Below, in pieces: positions 55,671 through 64,000 of a stretch of DNA of 64,000 nucleotides; within the stretch, counting starts at the first letter, position 1; each line of letters begins with the position of its first letter. Made by a program: the position numbers and the translations under genes. The notes below the pieces were generated by a model. That model searched no databases, was not told where the DNA came from, and was given only the letters and a program-made list of their open reading frames with translations. The DNA comes from Candidatus Obscuribacteraceae bacterium (lineage in GTDB: Bacteria > Cyanobacteriota > Vampirovibrionia > Obscuribacterales > Obscuribacteraceae): the NCBI GenBank assembly GCA_044226015.1, contig JBGAHS010000001.1, positions 608,001 through 672,000 of the forward strand. The letters are read 5' to 3'.

Positions 55671-56258
55671 TCAATTTTGCTTCTCTTTATCTGGCGCCGA
55701 GTCGGGTCTCTTCTCTGCAAGTGATGTGTGGTCATGCATGATTCGCCAGCCATCCTTTGTATTTACGAAGACCAGGCTAAATACGCCATCCAAACTTGTG
55801 GTGGCTAAATCAAGATGCCAACGTCCAATCATCAGTTCGTTCTTCGGACCCAGGTCGTAAGTTTTCAAATCAGAAAACTCAAGCTTGCCCATGGTCTCTT
55901 TGCTTTCGCCGTACTTTTTCTGATAACGGGCTCGTAGGGCTTCATACCCCCAAACGATGTTACCTGCAGACGTGAACGACAATTTTTCTGAGTGCAAATA
56001 TCCACTCATAAAATTGTCCAAGTCGCCCTTATTCCATGCCTCCTTTTGAGAGACGAGCAAGTTCGTAACTGCCTCACCGGCAGCAGACCTGGGTTCTTTC
56101 GTGCTGGTATCGGACGCACTGCTTTTAGTAGATTTTGCGATTTTCAGAGAAGTCGCCTCATCTGCTATTGCGGCAGTTCCGAAGGTCGGTAGAAAAAGCG
56201 CAAGCGCCACCGGGAAGGTTAGCGCTTGCAAGGATATTTGTTTTGTTCTTTGGTTCAC
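55671..56258 (-). CDS. exported NTF2-like (DUF4440/YybH) protein
   Basis: signal peptide; Q..AWNKGDL..FM.GY, MGKL.F, G.FSLV.....GWRI.HDHTS. Confidence 0.85.
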   Translation of the reverse strand: MNQRTKQISLQALTFPVALALFLPTFGTAAIADEATSLKIAKSTKSSASDTSTKEPRSAAGEAVTNLLVSQKEAWNKGDLDNFMSGYLHSEKLSFTSAGNIVWGYEALRARYQKKYGESKETMGKLEFSDLKTYDLGPKNELMIGRWHLDLATTSLDGVFSLVFVNTKDGWRIMHDHTSLAEKRPDSAPDKEKQN

Positions 56259-56305
56259 AACCGGTCACTTTCGTATCTTAGTTGCACCATATGCAGTGCA
56301 ACGGG

Positions 56306-57262
56306 TTATTTCGCACTTCCAGCAGTGGCAGCTGCTTGCTGTTGCTGAGCATGAGTTCCGACTCCGACCAGCATTGTCTCGTTGTAGTCTTCCATTTCTG
56401 CTGGCAGGGCTGACGGGACGTTTGTGTGGTAGAGGGTAATATTATGTGGAACGGGGGCTAATCTCTTAGCGTTTGCAACTGTTGGGTTCGGTCTGATGAC
56501 GGCTTTAGCAAGACCCATTTTTTCCAGGATCCAAATGTAGCACCAGGTGACATCGAACTCTTTCCAGGTCATTCCATGGCGTGCTGATTTCGGCATGGCG
56601 TGGTGATTGTTGTGCCAGCCTTCGCCACAAGCGAGAATGCCTACCCACCAAACGTTGCGGCTATCTTCACGCGTGTTGAATGTGCGATAACCGTGGTTCT
56701 CCATATGGCAGAAAGTGTTGACAAACTGTGTTGCCCAGAACACCGTGACTGTGGCGAGTACGTTTGCAACGAGCGCTTGCCAGCCGAAGAAAACGAGTAT
56801 TGGAATACGGAAAATAACGTTGATTGCGAGGCAGAGCAATGCTTGTCCTGCGGTATGACCTCTTCCGAGGTGCTTATAGATCGGGTCTTCATACATATCA
56901 GGAGTGACGCGCTTCACTTCTTCATCACTCTGATATTGCGGCATCTGGAACATCCACTCATAAAGTGCATGTTTGAATCCATCGCGGGGGCTATGTGGAT
57001 CTCCAGGTTGATCTGATTTCAAATGGTGCAATCTATGAACAGCTACCCATACGATGGGTGAACCCATCAAACAGAAGTAACCACCTGATACGATCAGGTA
57101 TTCGAGCCACTTTGGCACTGTCAAAGATTTATGTGTTAGCAGTCTGTGATAGCCAAGCGTTATTCCGCAACCAACATATAGGTAGGTCACGAAAAACGAA
57201 ACGACCGCAGCGGTTAACGGCGATTGAAAAATAGAGTCCAAAGTGATTCCCCCGGTGCACAA
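56306..57262 (-). CDS. delta-9 type acyl-lipid/acyl-CoA desaturase
   Basis: three His boxes: GITLGYHRLLTH, HRLHH..SD...DPHSP, GEGWHNNHHA; start uncertain. Confidence 0.92.
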   Translation of the reverse strand: MCTGGITLDSIFQSPLTAAVVSFFVTYLYVGCGITLGYHRLLTHKSLTVPKWLEYLIVSGGYFCLMGSPIVWVAVHRLHHLKSDQPGDPHSPRDGFKHALYEWMFQMPQYQSDEEVKRVTPDMYEDPIYKHLGRGHTAGQALLCLAINVIFRIPILVFFGWQALVANVLATVTVFWATQFVNTFCHMENHGYRTFNTREDSRNVWWVGILACGEGWHNNHHAMPKSARHGMTWKEFDVTWCYIWILEKMGLAKAVIRPNPTVANAKRLAPVPHNITLYHTNVPSALPAEMEDYNETMLVGVGTHAQQQQAAATAGSAK

Positions 57263-57476
57263 AAAACTTGAGCCATAGTACCACGTGACAGCCTCACAGC
57301 CTTGACTCGTAGACTGATCAATAAGCTAATCTCGATGCCACTTGATAAGTAGTATCTCATAATAAATCTTGCATTCGCGAAAGTATTACGAAATTGGTGC
57401 TCTTCCGTATGACTCTTTGTTCATGCGCTTCCTCTAGCCGCCTGCATTTAACGCGTTTAAGATACATCTCTTATTC

Positions 57477-58778
57477 TTGTTATCAAGTTTTTTGACGTTT
57501 ATCATTTTGGCGATTACCTTGCTAGGAGTACGCGCATCGCGAACTTCTATTGACTGTCTGGAACTTATTGTGGACTTTCGTTCTTTCCCTCACGCATTTA
57601 AAGGATCAGTTTGCAAACTGTTGGGGCTTCTCCTGCTTTTGCATAATTTGACGATGCCAGTTTTTGCGAAGCAGACGAAAAAGCTGGAAGGACAGAATTA
57701 TCTCTTGTCTCAGTCCGCCGAAAAGCCTGATGATTCAGAGCCAGAGAAGCCAGATGCGAGCTCTGGGAATACTATTAAAGGCAAAAATACGAGCAGCGTC
57801 GACTCTACGAGTTTAGCCGACTCTGCAAATAATAGTATGGGCACGCCGACCGATTTTGCCAACTTTTTCGCAAGTACTGAGCGCCCGAAAGTCGGTTTGG
57901 CTTTGGCTGGAGGCGGCACTCGCGGGTGCGCGCATATTGGCGTTATACGCGTGCTCGAAAAGGAAGGGATTCCCATCGATGCAATTTCCGGCACCAGTAT
58001 TGGTGCCATAGTTGGTGGACTATATGCATCAGGAACAAGTTTGAAAACTATTGAAGACCTTGTCTGTTCCAAGCGACTCATGAGAGCCTATCAGACTGTG
58101 CCGATTCCAGTGAGGCTGGGGTTGGTTCCAGTCTTTTTCGTGCCACACATGTTCGGGTGGCATCCTTACGATGGACTTTACAGAGGCAATTTGTTTGCGA
58201 AGTTCATTTCAAAATCAGCGCCTCCTGGACACAGCGATATAAGTACATTCAAAATTCCATTTAGTGCAGTGGCAGCAAATTTGCTGGATGGCAAAGCCTA
58301 CTCCATAACTAGTGGCGATTTGGGGCGGGCTGTGCAGGCTTCTTCAGCAATTCCACTCTTGCGGCGCCCGGTTGAAATTGGAGACAAGTTGTTTGTTGAT
58401 GGCGGGGTTGTGCAGAATTTGCCTTGCGATAAAGTTCGTGAGCTCGGAGCTGACTTCGTTATCGCTGTAGACATAGATGATGACTTGAAGTTGTTGGAGA
58501 AAAAAGACTTCAGAAAAATTGGCAGCGTATCTCGCCGGGCAGTAAATATGCAGTTGTCTTCGATAGATTCATTCCAACAAGATAAGGCAGACTTTTTAAT
58601 TCATCCTGATGTCACCGGCATTGACCTGCTGGATGGTAACCCAAAAGATGCTCGCCGGGCAATCAAGTCTGGGGAGGAAATCGCTAAGCAGTTAGTGCCT
58701 GAGCTAAAACGCAAATTGCTAGAATATGCCGCTACGTTCTCTAAGACCAGCGCTGCAAGCAAATCTAGTGGCAACTAG
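57477..58778 (+). CDS. patatin-like phospholipase
   Basis: LALAGGGTRG.AHIG, GTSIG, ASSAIP, VDGG; true start probably downstream of 57477. Confidence 0.9.
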   Translation: MLSSFLTFIILAITLLGVRASRTSIDCLELIVDFRSFPHAFKGSVCKLLGLLLLLHNLTMPVFAKQTKKLEGQNYLLSQSAEKPDDSEPEKPDASSGNTIKGKNTSSVDSTSLADSANNSMGTPTDFANFFASTERPKVGLALAGGGTRGCAHIGVIRVLEKEGIPIDAISGTSIGAIVGGLYASGTSLKTIEDLVCSKRLMRAYQTVPIPVRLGLVPVFFVPHMFGWHPYDGLYRGNLFAKFISKSAPPGHSDISTFKIPFSAVAANLLDGKAYSITSGDLGRAVQASSAIPLLRRPVEIGDKLFVDGGVVQNLPCDKVRELGADFVIAVDIDDDLKLLEKKDFRKIGSVSRRAVNMQLSSIDSFQQDKADFLIHPDVTGIDLLDGNPKDARRAIKSGEEIAKQLVPELKRKLLEYAATFSKTSAASKSSGN

Positions 58779-58850
58779 CTGCAAGCTATACGAATAACAA
58801 AGACTTCAGGCAGACAGAAATCAGAACACAAGGACAGCGAGTAAGCGCCC

Positions 58851-60869
58851 ATGAGCCAAAACGAAGATGCCAAATCGGAGCAGCCAGCTGCATCAGTTCC
58901 GGAATCCTCAGAGCACCACGTCATGACCCATGAACAGGCGATGGGACCAGACGACCATTTAGACAAGCAAACTGCCTCTGATGTTGCCGAGATCATTTCT
59001 CACGAGCGAAAGGATGAGGAACTGACCCCCGAAGAACTTCATTTGAAGTGGTACAAGGAGACTTACCAGGGCGACAACGTTCCTCAGTTTACGTTTAGAG
59101 CTGTCATCATGGGCGGTATCATTGGCGCATTGATGTCAGTCTCAAATCTCTATACCGCTATAAAAGTTGGTTGGCTCTTCGGAGTCGCCATTACTGCTTG
59201 TGTTCTTTCCTTTGTCATATGGAAAGTCTTTCGCTTTGCAAATCCGAACTTGTCTCAAATGTCCATTCTTGAAAATAACTGCATGCAATCCACAGCCTCT
59301 GCTGCCGGGTATTCAACTGGTTCTACCATTGCCACCGCTTTCGGTGCATACCTTCTGATCACTGGGCATCATGTTGATTGGAAAATTACTGCAGTTTGGA
59401 CTTTGATTACGGCACTGCTTGGTGTGTTGTTGGCTGTGCCTATGAAGAAGCAGATGATCAATCGCGAGCGATTGCCTTTCCCCAGCGGTATTGCCGCTGC
59501 CGAAACCCTCAAGAGTCTTTATGGTGGAGCTAAGGAGTCAATCTATCAGGCTTATTCACTTGTTGCAGCTATGGTTTCAGGCGTGGTTATCGGTGTTCTT
59601 GGGAAAGGTGATTATGCGTGGCAAAAGGTAACTGGTCTTAAGTTGCCAGAACTCATTCCCTTTAACATCACTTACAGTGGCATGGATATGTCCAAGTTCG
59701 CGGGGTTTGGATTCGAGCCCAGCTTGATGTTAATCAGTGCCGGCATGATTGTTGGTCTGCGAAATTCTTTCTCGATGCTTCTTAGCTCATGTATTTTGTA
59801 TTTTTGTCTGGGTCCGTGGCTTGTTAGTCACAACGTCATCGATGCTCCCAGCCATATTGTGTCTCGTTGGGCTCTGTGGACTGGAGCCGCCATCATGGTA
59901 AGTTCTGGTCTGACCTCATTCGCACTTCAATGGAAGACCATATTTCGAGCTGTGGGAAGCATCAAGCAGAGTGGCGGCGCCTCTGGAGTCGACGAGAAGA
60001 CACAAGCTGAGATTGATGCTATTGAAGTGCCAAATAAATGGTTTCTGATTGGATTCATTCCTCTGGGAATCATTTTCTCTATCGTAATGAATCTCGCTTT
60101 TGGCGTAGAAATCTGGAAAGGACTTATCGCTGTCGTCCTCAGCTTCTTCCTAGCTTTAGTTGCGTGCCGAGCAACCGGCGAAACAGACATAACTCCAATC
60201 GGGGCTATGGGAAAAATTTCGCAGCTTACCTTTGCTGTTCTGAGCCCTGGAAACATGACGCAGAATTTGATGGCCGCTAGTGTTACCGCCAACACATCCT
60301 CTGCATCAGCAGACTTGCTTACAGATTTGAAGAGCGGCTACTTGCTTGGTGCCAATGCGCGCAGGCAATTTCTTGCACAGCTTACAGGAGTCTTTTTCGG
60401 CACCGTTGCCATTATTCCTGCCTGGTTTCTGATGATTCCCGATAGGGCAACGCTTGAGGCTTATAATCCGCCTTCTACGCTGATCTACAAAGCTGTTGCT
60501 GAGGCACTTTCCAAAGGTATTGACAGTCTGCACCCTTCGGCGGTTCAGGGAATTATCATTGGAAGCATTCTAGGGCTGGTCATTTCCGTTATTGAGACGA
60601 ACTTTCCCAAGTTGAAAAAATTTGTTCCGTCTTCAATGGGCTTGGGCCTTGCTTGGATTATGCCTTTCCAGAACGCATTCGCGTTTTTCATTGGTGCCGC
60701 TATCGCGTGGATCTGGAAAAAGGCTCATCCAAAAACAGCTGATGTCTTCACGATTCCCATAGCATCGGGAGCCATCGCAGGAGAGTCGCTTGCATGTGCT
60801 TTCATTGCTATCTTCGATGCTCTGCCGAAGGTTCTTCCACAGGTACTGAAGGCAGTTAGCGGGAAATAA
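58851..60869 (+). CDS. OPT-family (YSL-like) oligopeptide transporter
   Basis: QFTFRA, ENNCMQS.ASA, LPFPSG.A.AE, GETDITP, DLKSGYLLGA..R.QF, SGAIAGES; many TM segments. Confidence 0.93.
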   Translation: MSQNEDAKSEQPAASVPESSEHHVMTHEQAMGPDDHLDKQTASDVAEIISHERKDEELTPEELHLKWYKETYQGDNVPQFTFRAVIMGGIIGALMSVSNLYTAIKVGWLFGVAITACVLSFVIWKVFRFANPNLSQMSILENNCMQSTASAAGYSTGSTIATAFGAYLLITGHHVDWKITAVWTLITALLGVLLAVPMKKQMINRERLPFPSGIAAAETLKSLYGGAKESIYQAYSLVAAMVSGVVIGVLGKGDYAWQKVTGLKLPELIPFNITYSGMDMSKFAGFGFEPSLMLISAGMIVGLRNSFSMLLSSCILYFCLGPWLVSHNVIDAPSHIVSRWALWTGAAIMVSSGLTSFALQWKTIFRAVGSIKQSGGASGVDEKTQAEIDAIEVPNKWFLIGFIPLGIIFSIVMNLAFGVEIWKGLIAVVLSFFLALVACRATGETDITPIGAMGKISQLTFAVLSPGNMTQNLMAASVTANTSSASADLLTDLKSGYLLGANARRQFLAQLTGVFFGTVAIIPAWFLMIPDRATLEAYNPPSTLIYKAVAEALSKGIDSLHPSAVQGIIIGSILGLVISVIETNFPKLKKFVPSSMGLGLAWIMPFQNAFAFFIGAAIAWIWKKAHPKTADVFTIPIASGAIAGESLACAFIAIFDALPKVLPQVLKAVSGK

Positions 60870-60966
60870 CCGCTAGATTGGAGTTTCTCGCGGTTTGAGC
60901 TCGCGAAGACTTTGTTGCTATATAATCAATATCTATTGCTTCCGAAGTGCTCGTAAGGCGTAATCG

Positions 60967-62277
60967 ATGCTCCAGCTTGCCGAGAAGAAGAGGGTCACAA
61001 AGTCAATTGGCGAGCTTGGTCGTCGTGTGACTGCTGCCGACGTGTCGACTAAAACTGGGCTTCCTGTGCTTGTCGTATCGCAGGCATTGAATCAAATAGC
61101 TGCAGAAACTGATGGACATATTGCGGTCAGCCAGAGCGGAGATGTCGTTTACTCTTTTAGACCTGGCTTTGCAAATCGCTATCTTACAAAAGGGGTTCAG
61201 CAGCTAATTGAAAGAGTGGGTGAGCGCTTTTTCAAAGTTCTTTTCTTTTTGCTAAAGATCTCTTTCGGAATAATGCTCATTCTCTCCTTCTTCATTATCG
61301 TCATCACAATTTTCATTCTCTTCTATGCGGATCGCAGTCAGTCAGGACGAGGGAAAAACAGCTCGCAAACAGAAGAAACAAATCGATTCTCTTTCCTGGA
61401 TTATTTGATATTGCAAGACGTGTTTAAGTATTTCTTGCAACCGGCTTCTCCCGTCAAGTACGTCTATGATAAGCCGACTGTAAGAAGACGAGAGCATCCC
61501 AATTTCTTGTTGGATTGTTTCTCATTTCTCTTTGGAGACGGTGACCCCAACGAGGGAATCGAAGAGAAAAAATGGCAGCTTATTGCTCAAGTCATCAAGA
61601 AACATGACTATGTTATTACAGCAGAGCAGTTAGCCCCTTATACGGGAGCAGACCCTCATCGAGAAGATGCGGTTCTGCCTGTTTTGGTACGCTTTGATGG
61701 CAAACCTGAAGTGACTGAATCCGGTAACATTGTTTATAGGTTCGAGTCACTAGCGGTAACCAGCGGAACAGACTTGCACGAAAATATTCCCGATCATCTG
61801 CACGAGTTTTACTGGAAGTTTACAGAGGTAGAACCAGCTGCGATGCGCCCTGTGTATTTTATAGCAGGCTTGAACTTCGCCGGAGCTTGGTTCCTCTATA
61901 TACTTTTGCATTCTTCTAAAGCCGCATCTATTACGGTGCTTTTCACCACATTGGTGGTCTATGCCACATTGTTTTTGGTTGTTCCGATGTTGCGAAATCT
62001 GTCGATTAATTTCATTAATCAAGCAATTGATAAACGAAATAATGCGCGCGAGCGAAATGCAGATGCGCTTGAGTCACCCGATGCAGGCTTGAAAAAGAAG
62101 CTCGCTGAAGCCCGAGAATTCCGAGTTCGTGACCATCTAATCAGCAAGAAAAATGTAGTTTATACAACTGAGAAAAACTCTCTTGAGCAAGATGATGATC
62201 TGTCGCGAAAGTTTGCTGCTGGCGAAGTGTTCGATGCTAAGCCTGAAGAAACCTTCGATGCCTCGCCGACTGATTAA
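60967..62277 (+). CDS. conserved membrane protein of the cyanobacterial/plastid uncharacterised type
   Basis: LGRRVT.ADV....GL, GH..VS.SGDVVY.F, FSFLFGDGDPN, AEQLAPY, FDG.PEV...GNIVY.F. Confidence 0.7.
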   Translation: MLQLAEKKRVTKSIGELGRRVTAADVSTKTGLPVLVVSQALNQIAAETDGHIAVSQSGDVVYSFRPGFANRYLTKGVQQLIERVGERFFKVLFFLLKISFGIMLILSFFIIVITIFILFYADRSQSGRGKNSSQTEETNRFSFLDYLILQDVFKYFLQPASPVKYVYDKPTVRRREHPNFLLDCFSFLFGDGDPNEGIEEKKWQLIAQVIKKHDYVITAEQLAPYTGADPHREDAVLPVLVRFDGKPEVTESGNIVYRFESLAVTSGTDLHENIPDHLHEFYWKFTEVEPAAMRPVYFIAGLNFAGAWFLYILLHSSKAASITVLFTTLVVYATLFLVVPMLRNLSINFINQAIDKRNNARERNADALESPDAGLKKKLAEAREFRVRDHLISKKNVVYTTEKNSLEQDDDLSRKFAAGEVFDAKPEETFDASPTD

Positions 62278-62281
62278 TGGT

Positions 62282-64000
62282 TTAGTTTTCCGATTTAGCG
62301 TTTTCAGTCAGAAAGTCCTTCAGCTTTCTCATCGCCATTTCGAATGACTTCTCCTCAATTCCGAAACATGCCCTTGCCCAATCATCGCTTCTTGACCATT
62401 TATCTGGGTTCATGAGAATCGCTTTTCTGGTGGCTAGCGTGTCTGTTTTTCCGCCGAGCTTTGCAAGCAAAAACATGCCACCGCGTCGTGCATATTTGAG
62501 TCCGTCGGCAAGCTCATGTTTTTGAAGCAAGTCTAGTAGACTCTTGCGATGATCACTCAAAATCGCTCTTGCCCCGTCTAAATATTCTTGCACCTCGGCG
62601 AATTCGCTTTTACCATCTATGAGTTGGTGGGGAGATTCAGGCAGGAATGCCGAGTAGAGCCTGTCCCAGGCACGCAGGACGACCTGCGGAACCTTGGTGC
62701 CGTGATTTCTGAGATAGTTTGCCCAGATTTCGTCAGGGCAGAGCATGAACCCGCAGCGAATTCCTCCTGCGGCGAAAGCCTTTGCCAGACCATCTGCCAC
62801 GAAAAGATACTTGCGTTCTTCTGCGCTTGCATTGTAAGCGAAGCTCAGTTCGGCTGGGGTCCATCGTCCTAATGAGGCGTCACTGAGTAGAAAGAAGATC
62901 TCATCGGCGAATAAATATATTTGACGTTCGGCACAAACTTTGAGGATCTTCTTTATGTTTTCCGGCTCTAGAAAAATTCCAGACGGATTGGCTGGTTGGC
63001 TGATGTAAATCAGGTCTGGCTTTCTATTCAGTAAAGCTATGTCCTCTGCCAGAGGGAAGAATCCATTTGCTAGTTTTGTGTCAAAGGTAATTACTTCAGC
63101 TGCGTGATATTGCAACATTGGAAAAATGGGACCATAGCTGCCTTTTGGCACAGCCACTAGAGCTGGTCTGCCCAGCTTTTTGTTTAGTGCCTGAATGAGT
63201 GAGCTGCTCAGAGGGAAGACACCTTGCCCTAAGACTATGTTGGCTGGGTTGACCTTTGCATGTCTGGTTTTTTGAACATAAGCAGCCACTCGTTCTTGTA
63301 GTGTTTCCGTTAGAGAATCTGAACGCCCTTCAAGGAAGCCCTTTAGCAGACCCTTTATTAGCAGGTTAGGAACCGGATATTCGAATTCGCCATAATCAAG
63401 GCGCACCAACTCAGCGGTTTCAAGAGGAATGGGTTTGTCTTCGAAAACAGGGTCTGCAGAGATTTGTTCGAATTCATCCGAAAGTTCAATTCCCGTTTTT
63501 GCCACATTGTTTCTTGTTCGCTGGCCCGATTCCACAAAGGGAAATGAGAGCAACTCGTCGAAAAGCCATTCATAGTAAAGTTGCACTATGAACGAAATGC
63601 GTGAATAACTCAGCTCAGCGCAGTATTCCAGCCCGTGAATCCAATCATCGGGAGCATTAATCAAAAAGCTCAATTCGAAATCGGGGCAAACCGTATTCTT
63701 GATTAAGCCGTAGAGGAAGATCAGGTTGCTAGGCACTTTCCTCTGTCCGAGTAATCTCAGGAGCAAATTACTTTGAATTTGTGAACCAATTTCGAAATGC
63801 TCTGAGTCATCGATTATGTAGCATCTATCGGGGTTTGCCTCAGCCTGTTGAATTAAGGTATCGAGAATAAGTGGAGAGGGGTCCTTCAACTGATATGGTG
63901 CAATGACGCAAATGCGTGCAGCAAAAACAGCGTCCATACTCAGCAGTTCGCTCAAGTCGTTGTTGCCCAGAATTGGCTCAAGACCTTGCTGTCGACACAA
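62282..64000 (-). CDS. C-terminal part of a plant-type methionine S-methyltransferase-like protein with class I/II aminotransferase domain (5'-truncated by window edge)
   Basis: DDSEHFEI.S....N..L, LYGLIKN.V.PDFEL.F, QLYYEWLFDELLSF resemble the plant MMT central region; PANPSG, DEIF, GLAKAF..GGIR.G are PLP fold-I motifs. Confidence 0.7.
   Translation of the reverse strand: MCRQQGLEPILGNNDLSELLSMDAVFAARICVIAPYQLKDPSPLILDTLIQQAEANPDRCYIIDDSEHFEIGSQIQSNLLLRLLGQRKVPSNLIFLYGLIKNTVCPDFELSFLINAPDDWIHGLEYCAELSYSRISFIVQLYYEWLFDELLSFPFVESGQRTRNNVAKTGIELSDEFEQISADPVFEDKPIPLETAELVRLDYGEFEYPVPNLLIKGLLKGFLEGRSDSLTETLQERVAAYVQKTRHAKVNPANIVLGQGVFPLSSSLIQALNKKLGRPALVAVPKGSYGPIFPMLQYHAAEVITFDTKLANGFFPLAEDIALLNRKPDLIYISQPANPSGIFLEPENIKKILKVCAERQIYLFADEIFFLLSDASLGRWTPAELSFAYNASAEERKYLFVADGLAKAFAAGGIRCGFMLCPDEIWANYLRNHGTKVPQVVLRAWDRLYSAFLPESPHQLIDGKSEFAEVQEYLDGARAILSDHRKSLLDLLQKHELADGLKYARRGGMFLLAKLGGKTDTLATRKAILMNPDKWSRSDDWARACFGIEEKSFEMAMRKLKDFLTENAKSEN

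Noticed and set aside
1..64000. CRISPR array, rRNA, integrase or prophage genes
   Set aside because: No regularly spaced repeats, rRNA-like stretches or recognisable phage/integrase ORFs seen

Overview
Gene-dense bacterial window (~45% GC by eye). The gene content (several Ser/Thr kinase-TPR proteins, a cyanobacterial/plant-type conserved membrane protein, a delta-9 desaturase, a plant-type methionine S-methyltransferase-like gene, many orphan proteins) suggests a non-photosynthetic Cyanobacteriota relative such as Obscuribacterales; this is inference only. Housekeeping and metabolic blocks: pyrD; a reductive pyrimidine degradation operon (class III aminotransferase, beta-ureidopropionase, preT, preA) with no dihydropyrimidinase; tRNA-Lys(UUU); proline dehydrogenase; lipA divergent from a 2-oxoacid dehydrogenase E1a-E1b-E2-E3 operon; mmsA/iolA; desaturase; patatin; OPT transporter. 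Two accessory regions stand out. (1) 4.4-15.1 kb holds signal-peptide-less, effector-like proteins, including a LysM + papain-fold peptidase + SHOCT-like protein flanked by two paralogous PsbP/DcrB-like genes, plus an IS3 remnant. (2) 28.2-39.5 kb holds two glutaminase-dead AsnB-like amide synthetases, a LysA-like protein lacking the PLP lysine, and a membrane Zn-ribbon/Toprim-like gene bracketed by an ~88-bp direct repeat, interrupted by HigBA and a second toxin-antitoxin-like pair. A structured 5' leader precedes the pyrimidine catabolism operon. All family calls come from motif recognition by eye; no database searches were run.
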